Part shown: piece by piece, positions 24,160-35,140 of the stretch
Position numbering within the stretch: position 1 is the stretch's first letter
Layout: each line of letters begins with the position of its first letter
From: Octopus bimaculoides
Lineage: Eukaryota
Direction of reading: 5' to 3'
NCBI RefSeq assembly: GCF_001194135.2
Contig: NC_068998.1
Span: forward strand, 29,502,121-29,544,633
Length of the DNA stretch: 42,513 nt
Translations under genes and position numbers: made by a program
Notes under the pieces: generated by a model
Databases searched by the model: none
Told to the model about the DNA's origin: nothing
What the model saw: only the letters and a program-made list of their open reading frames with translations

Positions 24160-24205
<46 letters not shown>

Positions 24206-24536
24206 GCGTGTATGTATAATATATGTATGTTTATAATATATGTATAATACACTCACACACACACTCTCACACATATGTATGTATGTATTATGTATGTATG
24301 TATTTATGTATGTATTTCCATAAATCTATCGATGCCACCCGTTCGGTTCTAGTTGTCAGTTTTATAGTGGTCGATAATGTTTAACGTGTGTAAAGCTACG
24401 GAAATGGTGACAACAGACAATGCTTCGCTTTATTAATTAGTGTTACTTGATGAACAATAGAATATCTTCTAAACATATGACAATGAAAATATAGAAGATC
24501 AGAAACATATGGAGGGAAGAAATCTCAGAGAGGAGA

Positions 24537-24539
<3 letters not shown>

Positions 24540-24600
<61 letters not shown>

Positions 24601-24680
24601 GGAAAGAGAGAGAAAGAAAGAAAGAGACACAGAGAGAGAGAGAGTGGGAGAAAGAAAGAGAGAGAGAAGTAGATAAAAGC
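24540..24680. repeat. (GATA)n and (GA)n microsatellite
   Basis: Direct reading. Confidence 0.95.
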
Positions 24681-24801
24681 AGGGAGGTGTCAGTGTCAGT
24701 ATTCTTATATTCTTTTACTGGTTTTAACCATTTAACAGTATCCGACTTAGAGCACTGCCATCAAAAAGATCTTCAATTACACCCACTCCAGTACTTATGT
24801 G

Positions 24802-25231
24802 TTAAGTTCATCTCTAACAGATTTTCTGTAGAAATTATAGCCAACACTGATTTTGTTTCAACGTTTCGTATCCGAGACGTCAGAGGTAAACAAACAATGA
24901 GATCAAAGATGAAAAAAAAAAGAGGTAATGGCCGTATGTGCCATATTTCGGGAGTTTTTGCTCCTTCACCAGCACCCATCGAACCCATTACTCATTTACA
25001 AACTTATTGTTATCTGTAGTGGATATTTAAGCAATGAATTCGTGGATGGTTAATGGGTTAGATGGGAGCTAATGAAGGACCAAAAATTCCCGAAATATGG
25101 CATTTATGCCCATTACCCAATCGTTCATCTTTGATCTCATTATTTGTGAACACGTGATGTCTCGGATACAAAATGTAACAAAATCAGTGCTGGCTATTAT
25201 TTCCATAGAAGATCTGTAGAGATAACCTTAA
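24802..25231. mobile_element. Fold-back MITE bounded by TTAA (Kolobok- or piggyBac-type target)
   Basis: About 185-bp imperfect inverted arms at 24802-24990 and 25051-25231 with a 60-bp spacer. TTAA at 24802-24805 and 25228-25231. No ORF. Confidence 0.8.
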
Positions 25232-25334
25232 CATGTGATTTAAATGATTTAACACAGTAGTACACGCTATTGCCTTATAAAAACGGTTCAACATGCATAC
25301 ATAAACAAACACACACACGCATGCACACACGCAT

Positions 25335-25386
<52 letters not shown>

Positions 25387-25520
25387 ACATTTATATAATG
25401 TAGACTGTATGTAAATATGTACATTTAATTCATTTGAGTACGTTTATAGTTGGTTAATTAATTTCAGTTGATTTTATTTACATTTAATTAATTCTAATTC
25501 TTTTGGGGAAAGTGGATCTT

Positions 25521-25930
25521 GGTGGCTGCATGGAAAGAAGCTTGCTTCCCAACCACATGGTCCCGGTTTAGTCCCACTGCGTGGCACCTTGAGAAAGTGT
25601 CTTCTACTATAGCCTCGGAGCGACCAAAGCCTTGTGAGTGGATTTGGTAGACAGAAACTGAAAGAAGCCCGTCATATGTTTGTGTGTGTGTGTGTGTGTG
25701 TATTTGTGTGTTTATGTCTGTATTTGTCACCCCCACCATCGCTTGACAACCGATGTTTGTGTCCTTACGTCCCAGTAACTTAGTGGTTCGGCAAAAGAGC
25801 CTGATAAAATAAATACTAGGCTTACGAAGGACAGGTCCTGGGGTCGACTTGTTGAACTAAAACCCCTTAAGGAGGTACTCCAGCATGGTTGCAGTCAAAT
25901 GACTGAAACAAGAAAAAGATAAAAGAATAG
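25521..25930 (+). mobile_element. SINE family B, near full length
   Basis: Head, (TG)n, CTGGGGTCGAC...CTCCAGCATGGTTGCAGTCAAATGACTGAAACAAG tail. Confidence 0.9.
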
Positions 25931-26399
25931 CAAGTAAATATTGGGTCTGCAGATGTATGGGTAGCCTTTCAACTTTTTTCTATCTAAAGTGATTTGTTAA
26001 ACTCAATATTATTTGTAGCTTCATGTTGCCCTTGTTCAAAAATTAGAACGAATTATTTATGTTTATAGCTTCATGTGCTATCCACTAGTCGAAAAAAAAA
26101 ATAAAAAGTATCTCACATTCTCTCGCAAATTTATGAAATATATTATGACGTCAACAATATTAATTTTGATTACATTAATATTTACTAATATTCTGAATTG
26201 GATGACATGAATACTTCTCTTATTACCTCCTCAATTATTATTAATGGCAACTACTCATTAACTCTACTTTTACTATCCACGTATGTTTCTGAAGTGGTAA
26301 CGTCACCAACTTATGAAATAATGAAACCATAACATCATTAATTAATATCTTTAAACAAACGAAAACGGTTGATTTCATAGACATTATATTCCAACATGA

Positions 26400-26495
26400 A
26401 GTTTTATCATCTTTATGTTTTAATAGTATCAGTCATTGAGCTGCGGCTATGCTGGAGCACCGCGTTGAGAGATCTTAGTCGAACGCATCGACCCC
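26400..26495 (-). mobile_element. SINE family B, 3' fragment
   Basis: Reverse complement reads GGGGTCGATGCGTTCGACTAAG...GCGGTGCTCCAGCATAGCCGCAG..AATGACTGA. Confidence 0.78.
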
Positions 26496-27464
26496 AATGT
26501 ATTTTCTCTATTCACACACACACACATATGCACACGTACACATGCACATACACATACATACACACACATATACATACAAACGTTTGTGCACATCACACCA
26601 ACACACACACACACACACATGCATGCACACACGCATGCATGCACACACGCACATGCACGCACGCACACACACACACGAGCGCGCGTACCCCCTCTCTCTC
26701 TCTCTCTTAATTGGTTCCCGCGTTATAAAAGACCATTCCATTAGGTGCGCAACTCTTTTCATCCAGTGTGAAGCTGCAACAGACTTAAATTTGTCCAACA
26801 CGTGATTAAATCATACGAAACTCTGCTACCATCTGTTAGCAGCATATGTTTTATGTGAATTGGATTGTTCTGAAGAATGAACTTAGGCCGATATAGATTC
26901 AGCTTCAACAGAAGTCCGGTCGGAGACGCAAATCAATGTGTACGTCTCTATATATTTGTTGAGTGTTAATGTGTAGACGTGCGCGAGCGTGTTATTACGT
27001 AGGTGTGTATATACAGATAGATTTTAGAGAGAATTAGAAATAATAACGAAAAGAGAAGAGACAAAGGAGAGTTCAAGACGAAGGAGGTAGAGTGAATTAA
27101 ATCAATTAAAGAATAAAAGTAATAGCTTTGTGTAGTTTTTCTTTTCTTCCTGTTTTGTTTTTATTTTTTTGTAGGCCCAAGTAAATAGTCTGGAAGTAAT
27201 ATACGATTGCCTATAATATCGCAGATTAAGGTGGCGATGGTGACAGCGGGTGTTGCATATACGTAACCAAACAATCCTTCTGTAGCTAACCGTCAATTTG
27301 CGTCTATATACGTATGTCTGTGCTTGTGTGTATTTGCTTGCTATAGGGTTGTTTATATTTGCAAAGGGAAGAGTGGGGTATATTCTCTCTGCTATAGACG
27401 TACATCCATATACGTATTTGTATGTGTGTATACATATGTATATACATACACACATTCATCCGAT

Positions 27465-28075
27465 TGGCGCGTCTTTTATTTTCTTGTGGGAGGGACGCGT
27501 TCCAATGGTCAGGTGGTCAGTCTGCTGTCAATACCGTCTGCCTAGCTGCTTAGACATGCCGTGGTTTCTGATGCACAGACACTTGCTGAGTTTGTGCCAC
27601 CTGCAACGATTTCTAGACGGTATTCGTGTGTGGCCTCCGTTTGTGAATCCCGTCTTTCTGCAGCTCGTCCCTTTGACGGAGCTGCAGTCCTGGGTAAAGG
27701 CTAGACCGACACTGGACGCCTGACACCTAGAATGTTGTCAGGCGCTCACAATCCTCTACTAGTCGGGCAATGGATCGATGGATGTTCCACTTTAGCAATA
27801 TATAGAGGATTAAAGGTGAGAAAGTGCGACAACGTTATTGGGGAAGCTTTGGGCATCGACGAAAGCGAAATGGCTAGACTATTTCGGAGGACTTTCCGGT
27901 CGAGGACTATCACGGATAATTTCCAGCTGTCCTTAGCCTAGCAGTGCTACCGGGGGAGAGGGGTGCTAACGGTTTGAGATAAACTCTACAGGCACGGATG
28001 TGCTGTGAGACGAGCTTGTCCGAGTTGCGTGCAGAGTGACAAAACTGTTCAGTGTCTAGGCATTTTTTCCCCACG
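27465..28075 (+). mobile_element. Tx1/L1-clade LINE ORF2 C-terminal fragment
   Basis: FLWEGRVPMVRWSVCCQ, MPW, HLQRFLDG..VW, DKLYRHGCAVRRACPSCVQSDKTV (zf-RVT-like). The latter part aligns with 7445-7545. Confidence 0.75.
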
Positions 28076-28435
28076 AGAGTTCTGGACCCCAGTAGTGAAA
28101 TCATTTGCATCCAGTCGATCAGAGCCGAGCCATCTTTATCCTTTCTTCCTTTCTAGACAGCACTGTGCATTCCTTACTCTTTCCCTCTCTACTGGCAGAC
28201 AGCAACCTTTTTGTCACTATCGAAAAAAATTTCGCTACCACTACAAGTACTACTGCCTCTAACTACCTGTCGGTAGTAAATAAATATGTGTAAATAATAT
28301 TTCTTCCTTCTTGGTTTTGATCCTTCGATGTTCACTGGTTACTCCGACGTTGGCACAATAATACACCTGCCCAAACTGAATTGCTGGAATCATTTTGCTT
28401 TTTCCAGAAAAATGTTTTAAAAATGTTATAGAGGT

Positions 28436-29144
28436 TAGGTTTAAAGTTTGGTCATTTTCATCCAGTGAGGAAACACAATTTGGAAGCTGCCATTTTGTGC
28501 GTAACTGCACATTTTGTCGTCAACATCCTGAAAATGCTTACATTTTTTATTTTTCATAAATAGAGCTATGATTTACTATATAATAGTACTCAGCGAAAAT
28601 TTTTAGTACTCACACATTTTCGTGACTAATTTTTTTTTGGTGGGTGGGGGGTATTTTCTGTTTGGTTGCCAGCATCAATTTTCTGTTCGAATTGATTTCA
28701 TATTCAGTGTAATGGTACACTTTTATAGGCTAATTAATGAAGTGAAAATAATTTTCGCTATAAATCAATAAAGAGTTATTAGTGATTGAAGTTTTAAAAT
28801 TTTGGTAATTTTAGTCAATCGTAAGCCACAGACGCATTCATGTTTTTCTCTTTTAAATTAACATAAACATTTATTTACATGAAAGAAAATTACCGGAGAA
28901 CTTTCGTGTTAAAAATAACAGCTAAATAAGATTTATTTACACGAAAGAAAATTACCAGAGACAATGTGTTGTTTACAAATATTGACAACATGTGCTATTT
29001 TGTCACGCACAAAATGACAGCTTCCAAATCCTGTTTCCTGACTGAGTGAAAATGATCAAACTTTAAACCTCAAAGTTAATTCCTTAACTACTAAAGCACA
29101 AGTGGTGTTACTGAATTAGTTTGTGGCTCATTAGGAAGTGCTTC
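28436..29144. repeat. Fold-back (MITE-like) insert with about 85-bp inverted arms
   Basis: 28436-28520 is the reverse complement of about 28985-29070. A 31-bp direct repeat lies in the spacer (28869-28899 / 28931-28961, 2 mismatches). 29065-29144 is inverted-homologous to 30339-30420. Confidence 0.75.
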
Positions 29145-29765
29145 TTGGACTGACGTTTTTGTGCGCAACGATGTTATTAAGCTTCCGTTCACAACACCGT
29201 ATGCAGATCCTTTCCGTTTTCTTTCACGCGCTAATAAATTTTTCACTATAGACCTTAATGGTCATAAAGACACTATATCAGTGGATAGACGAAAAAAGGC
29301 CTTCATAGAGAAAACTATCCCTGTTCCCACTGCAGACGACACACACACAGCATTACAAACACCGCCTGTACACCCACCTTCACATTCCATGACTACTATT
29401 GAGATCGATCAGGTACCAGACAAGGTACTGGATTATTTTTCCGGTTCTTTTACTCAATTTTCGAGAGCAGTCGGGTTCATTTTTAGTATTCTCGTTTGTG
29501 AGAGCAGTCAAATTTATTTAAGATATTCTCATTTAAAAAATCATTTCCGGCTAATCGTTGATAGGACGTTGATGTTGTAGTCGAGTCATTTGATGTGTGT
29601 TCGCTTCCTGTGAGTCTTGTTGTTGTTTAAATTGTTGAAGGTCTACTGAACCTAATTGTTGTATTACTGCTATGGGGGTTCGCTTTGCATCGGAGTAGGA
29701 AGCGGTTGGACGCTCCACGGGGGCCCTAAGATCGGAGGAGTAGGTGTTTTTGTTACATGTACCAT

Positions 29766-30619
29766 CTAGTTGGAATCGTCCTCCATTAACTTCTCACCAC
29801 ACAGATCACACAGAAAGTCCTGTCGTCCATCGCTACACTCAGTGTGTGTCCAGTCTTTATAGATCGTGGATTGCATCCATTCTTCACCTGGAGGGGAGTT
29901 GGAATACCAATCTGAGCAGACAAGGCATTTCCAATCGGTGACTTGCTTGCTGCGAGGCTGCTTCCTTTTGCCTCTACCTGTTTTACTTGACTTTCCCTTC
30001 CCCTTTGTTGCCTTTTCTGTACCAGTTGCCTTCTTTGGTTTGGATTTCCGTTCGTTTATTTCATCCACTATGCCCTGTTTTACAGCAACATCCCGTAATG
30101 ATTTCTTTTCATCCACAACTTTTCTGGCGGCTCTTTCCATGATATCAGGAGGGGTATCTCTCCCTTGTAGCCTACCTTTTGTTATTTCTAGGCATGGCGT
30201 GTTAAACTGAAATAGAAGGGGTAAGTTGATACACTGTAACAATAAGTCCCGACCATGGATTTCTGGGGATTACCTCGTACACAGCACTAGCAATGCATGG
30301 CATCCAGGACATACCTTCATGTATCGAAAGCAACTTCCAGCACTTCCTAATGAGCCGCAAACTAATCCAGTTACACTACTTGTGCTTTTGTAGTTAAGGA
30401 AATAACTTTGTGGCAAAATTTTAATTTTGGACTAAAAAATCGTTTTTTGAGCCATAACTTTCCTGGTGACAGCCCGCCAGTGCAATACACATGTGCAGTC
30501 ATGATGGTATGGAGTTGGGCTTCACGAGGTAGAGACCCGAGTGCCACCTATTTCTTGAAGTTGGAAACAATGGGCTTGTAACAACTTACCCGTGTAACAA
30601 CTAGACTCGGTCTCCCCTA
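29766..30619 (-). mobile_element. pogo-like DNA transposon deletion derivative (psq-type HTH start fused to C-terminal PHD finger; DDE lost)
   Basis: Terminus TA-GGGGAGACCGAGTCTAGTTGTTACACGGGTAAGTTGTTACA (TA at 30618-30619). ATG at 30195 (MPRNNKR*, frameshift), TPPDIMERAARKVVDEKKSLRDVA, Lys-rich linker, then CLVC...EEWMQSTIYKDWTHTEC...FLCDLC. Confidence 0.72.
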
Positions 30620-30704
30620 CTACTACCTCTAACTACCTGTCTGTAGTAAATGAATTTATGTAAATAATATTTCTTCCTTGTTGGTGTTGATCCTTCGATG
30701 TTCA

Positions 30705-31704
30705 TTGAAGAATGTTTGAAGAATATAAAAGACCAACCACATTTATAAGAAGAGGGAGAAAGTACGCTACTATGGAGGTGCGTTTTGTATCAGAAGAGGA
30801 AGAAGTTAAGCACTCCACGGAGGCAATAAGATCGGAAGAATGGGTACTTTTGCCATCGTACTGTGGCAAACGTGTGGCCAGGGTGCGTGTTGGCAAAGTT
30901 CCTCCAGAGCTGAAAGAAGCATGGCTGATGACAGCCATAATGTATGACATGAATGAGGAAGCCAAGATACTGATAGCCACAAGAACTCAAAGAGTTAACT
31001 ACTGGGGATATGGAATAGAGTTGACTGTTCAAGCAACAGTAGAAAACTTAAACAGAATCGTCGAAGAGATAGTGCTGTCCGAAGACGTAAGTTTGAGAGT
31101 AGTGGTGGAGGGCAGGCCGCTTATATGTTATATATGTGGGGAAAAGGGCCACATGAAGGTGAGGGGCCCCCAGAGGGAATAACAGATAGAACAGACGGAG
31201 AAGCAGGAGAGTACGGACCAGGTGGTACGGGTCGAGATAAAGGAGAAAGCAACGGAGGAGGGGTTTACGGTGTTTAAAAAAAGAAAGAGAAGTGGGAGAG
31301 TAAGCTCTCCACCAGAGCAGCAGAAAAAGAAGAAAGAAGAGATGGAAAAGGAGGAGATCAGAAGGAAGGAAGACGAAATGGTGGTGGATAAAATAAGCAA
31401 AAAGGAACTTGAAGAAGTGTTCAAGGAGGTGTTGCATAAGGAAGAGACATTGGTGAAGACAGCGGTTGTTCTAGTGGAGGAAGAAAATTTCGAAACACAA
31501 CTGGAGAGACTGCTCAGAGTGGTGGAAGAAAAGAAGAAGGTACCAGGAGCGGAGCAGGAAAAGAGAAAACAAATAAAAAATGGAAAATTTCGATGGAATC
31601 TTGTGACGTACGCAAAAGGCAAAGAAACTGAAAAGAAAGTATTAAAGTTTAAACATATTATAAGAGTCATATTGTCGTTGTATGCTCGAAATGAGGAGTA
31701 GATA
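30705..31704 (+). mobile_element. Gag-like ORF1 remnant, probably Tx1/L1-clade (zinc knuckle + Glu/Lys coiled coil)
   Basis: LRVVVEGRPLICYICGEKGHMKVRG (CCHC with the last Cys lost). ORFs 30712-31182 and 31222-31701 share a frame and are separated by a single TAA. Confidence 0.68.
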
Positions 31705-31854
31705 GACAGCCGACAACTGATGAAGGGTCTTTTCTCTGTGTTTACTTCTCCTGTTTTCCCTTTTTTCTCGTTGTTTACATATTTAACTCATTTGTCTAGG
31801 TATTTCTTGTTATTTGCACCGTTGGTGACGTCGTGTACCCATATATATATATAT

Positions 31855-31885
<31 letters not shown>

Positions 31886-32129
31886 NNNNNNNNNNNNNNN
31901 NNNNNNNNNNNNNNNNNNNNNNNNNNNNNNNNNNNNNNNNNNNNNNNNNNNNNNNNNNNNNNNNNNNNNNNNNNNNNNNNNNNNNNNNNNNNNNNNNNNN
32001 NNNNNNNNNNNNNNNNNNNNNNNNNNNNNNNNNNNNNNNNNNNNNNNNNNNNNNNNNNNNNNNNNNNNNNNNNNNNNNNNNNNNNTATATATATACACAT
32101 ATATATACATACATACATACATACATACA

Positions 32130-32162
<33 letters not shown>

Positions 32163-32372
32163 GAGAGACAGATATTCTCTGTATAGAATACACTTGATAC
32201 TGCTCAACAGATTTAAACTTGAGCAAGTAGAGGAGTAAATGTAAGGATAAGTTGATACACAAATAATATTAATAGAAAAAAAATGTACATATGTTTACAT
32301 ATAAAAAGGTCCGACTTACACAGAATAGAAATGATATCAGGAATTCAAGGGATTGAATAAGAGTTTTACGAG

Positions 32373-32463
32373 TCCAACAGCTGTTTCTAGGGGCTTGGTG
32401 GTCCAAAATAATGTTTGCAAATTGATTCCATCATCGGATAATATCAATCTCCGTCTTCAGGGA
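32373..32463 (-). ncRNA. Hammerhead-like motif with long domain II
   Basis: Minus strand: UCC-CUGAAGA-(66 nt, starting with a CGGA..UCCG hairpin)-GAAAC-AGCU-GUU-GGA. Core complete, palindromic CAGCUG, 3-bp stem I; stem II closure is weak. Confidence 0.5.
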
Positions 32464-33282
32464 AGAATTTACAGTTGAAGTTTTGACAGAAAAGAAATTA
32501 AAGATGGAATGATTTTGTGGAGAGCTAAGTGTATAAGGAGGAGGAGTTGGGATATCAATTTCAGGGTTAGAGGTAATTAATAGGGCTAGTGATAGTAGTA
32601 GAGGTAGAAAGCGGGTGGAAGAAGGAAGGGTGATATAGGTAGTCTGTGAATGGCAACCTTTGTGTTAGCTTGTATGAAGGGTATAGAGTTAAAGGTTGAG
32701 ATAGTGAAAATGGGAATGACCATTATCTGAGGGAAATAAGTTGTCTAATTCAGTGGCTGAGGTATATAGAGTGGCTGGGGCTAAGGTATGTAGAGAGGAA
32801 TGAGAGGAGCAGGAGAGGATATATATGTATGTGTATATATATATATATNNNNNNNNNNNNNNNNNNNNNNNNNNNNNNNNNNNNNNNNNNNNNNNNNNNN
32901 NNNNNNNNNNNNNNNNNNNNNNNNNNNNNNNNNNNNNNNNNNNNNNNNNNNNNNNNNNNNNNNNNNNNNNNNNNNNNNNNNNNNNNNNNNNNNNNNNNNN
33001 NNNNNNNNNNNNNNNNNNNNNNNNNNNNNNNNNNNNNNNNNNNNNNNNNNNNNNNNNNNNNNNNNNNNNNNNNNNNNNNNNNNNNNNNNNNNNNNNNNNN
33101 NNNNNNNNNNNNNNNNNNNNNNNNNNNNNNNNNACTATGTACTATGTGCTTGGGAAGCAAGCTTCTTATTACATTTATATATATATTTAGTGATCTTTAA
33201 GTTAGTTCAGCATACTATTTCATTTACAATTCTGAAGGATCTTTCACATCAAGTGTTATTATGGTTAACATGAATCTTTTCT

Positions 33283-33488
33283 TCTCTAGACACAAGGCCC
33301 GAAATTTTGGGGGGAGGGAGCCTGTCGATTAGATCGACCCAGTACGTAACTGGTACTTAATTTATCGACCCCGAAAGGATGAAAAGCAAAGTCGACCTCG
33401 GCGGAATTTGAACTCGGAACGTAAAGACAGACGAAATACCAAGTATTTCGCTCGGCGTGCTAACGTTTCTGCTAGCTCGCCGCCCTAA
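33283..33488 (-). mobile_element. SINE family A, near full length
   Basis: Homologous end to end with 9047-9257. Confidence 0.9.
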
Positions 33489-33809
33489 AAGTTAACATGA
33501 ATGGTACATGGAAGCTAATCAGTAATTGCATGTATTATTACATAATGTAGCAAGAGTGATTGTATTGAATTAATGTCAAACATTTGTAAATTAAACGAGT
33601 TAAATGACTTGCTCACTCCATTCTTCTGATTTGTCACTATAAAGACTCAATGGAGACATGCAGGTTTTCAGACATGTTCGAGGTAAAACAAACGATCTCT
33701 AGCTTACAGTTTTATCTGATAGCCAATATCTACGGAGGGGCTTAGTACGGTAAACACCAGGGTTACATACCCCAATGAGATTATCATATATGTATTTGTG
33801 TGTGTGTGT

Positions 33810-35140
33810 GAGTGTGTGTGCATGTATGTATCTGTGTGTGTGTCTGTCTTTGTGTTTGTTCCCCACTGTCGCTTGACAGGCGGTGTTGGCGTCTTTATGT
33901 TCCTGTAACCAAGCGGTTCGGCGAAAGACACCGGCAGAATAAGTACCAGGCTTTTAAAAAAAGTACTTTAAAAGTAAGTTCTGGGGTCGATTTGTTCGAT
34001 TAACCTCTTCAAGGTGGTGTCCCATCATAGCAGCAGTTCTATAATCGATATATGTATAAATATATGTATATATTTTAAACGGGAAAAGATGCATTTACAT
34101 ATGTCTGTGTGTCTTTGTGTTTGCCCCATCACCATTGGGCAACTTGTGTTTGTTTGTTTACGTCCCACATAACTTAGCAGTTATGTCTGTCTCTGTCTCT
34201 TTCTCTGTTCCTATGTATGTATGTATATATATATATATATNNNNNNNNNNNNNNNNNNNNNNNNNNNNNNNNNNNNNNNNNNNNNNNNNNNNNNNNNNNN
34301 NNNNNNNNNNNNNNNNNNNNNNNNNNNNNNNNNNNNNNNNNNNNNNNNNNNNNNNNNNNNNNNNNNNNNNNNNNNNNNNNNNNNNNNNNNNNNNNNNNNN
34401 NNNNNNNNNNNNNNNNNNNNNNNNNNNNNNNNNNNNNNNNNNNNNNNNNNNNNNNNNNNNNNNNNNNNNNNNNNNNNNNNNNNNNNNNNNNNNNNNNNNN
34501 NNNNNNNNNNNNNNNNNNNNNNNNNNNNNNNNNNNNNNNNNNNNNNNNNNNNNNNNNNNNNNNNNNNNNNNNNNNNNNNNNNNNNNNNNNNNNNNNNNNN
34601 NNNNNNNNNNNNNNNNNNNNNNNNNNNNNNNNNNNNNNNNNNNNNNNNNNNNNNNNNNNNNNNNNNNNNNNNNNNNNNNNNNNNNNNNNNNNNNNNNNNN
34701 NNNNNNNNNNNNNNNNNNNNNNNNNNNNNNNNNNNNNNNNNNNNNNNNNNNNNNNNNNNNNNNNNNNNNNNNNNNNNNNNNNNNNNNNNNNNNNNNNNNN
34801 NNNNNNNNNNNNNNNNNNNNNNNNNNNNNNNNNNNNNNNNNNNNNNNNNNNNNNNNNNNNNNNNNNNNNNNNNNNNNNNNNNNNNNNNNNNNNNNNNNNN
34901 NNNNNNNNNNNNNNNNNNNNNNNNNNNNNNNNNNNNNNNNNNNNNNNNNNNNNNNNNNNTGTGTGTGTGTGTGTGTGTGTGTGTTTGTCCTCAACATCGC
35001 TTGACAACCGATGGTGGTGCGTTTACGTCCCCGTAAGTTAGGTTCGGCAAAAATAAGTCCTGGGGTCGATTTCTTCGACTAAAGGTGGTGCTCCAGCATG
35101 GCCGCAGTCAAATGACTGAAACAAGTAAAAAGCAAAAGAG
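33810..35140 (+). mobile_element. Three partial SINE family B copies (about 33810-34040, 34095-34190, 34960-35140) around a gap
   Basis: (TG)n followed by TTTGTCCCC..CGCTTGACA..CG and CTGGGGTCGATT..CGACTAAAGGTGGTGCTCCAGCATGG. Confidence 0.8.

Larger units (their letters stand above)
28212..30704 (+). mobile_element. Heavily deleted Ty3/Gypsy (CsRn1-like) LTR retrotransposon carrying nested DNA elements
   Basis: Ungapped 87-bp direct repeats at 28248-28334 and 30618-30704 (80/87 identical), both ending TTCA; AATAAA at 28279-28284. PBS TGGTTACTCCGACGT at 28336-28350 matches 13/15 to the tRNA-Trp 3' complement. Integrase tail at 29146-29340 (VFVRND..K.P.T.PYADPF...FFTIDLNG.KDTISVDR). The 5' start at 28212 (TGTCAC) is a guess. 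Confidence 0.72.

Noticed and set aside
26724-26731. TATAAAAG as a promoter
   Set aside because: Isolated 8-mer in AT-rich DNA with no downstream ORF or exon.
29550-29760. About 70-codon ATG-less Gln-rich frame on the minus strand
   Set aside because: No start codon, splice signals or motif; cannot be assigned.
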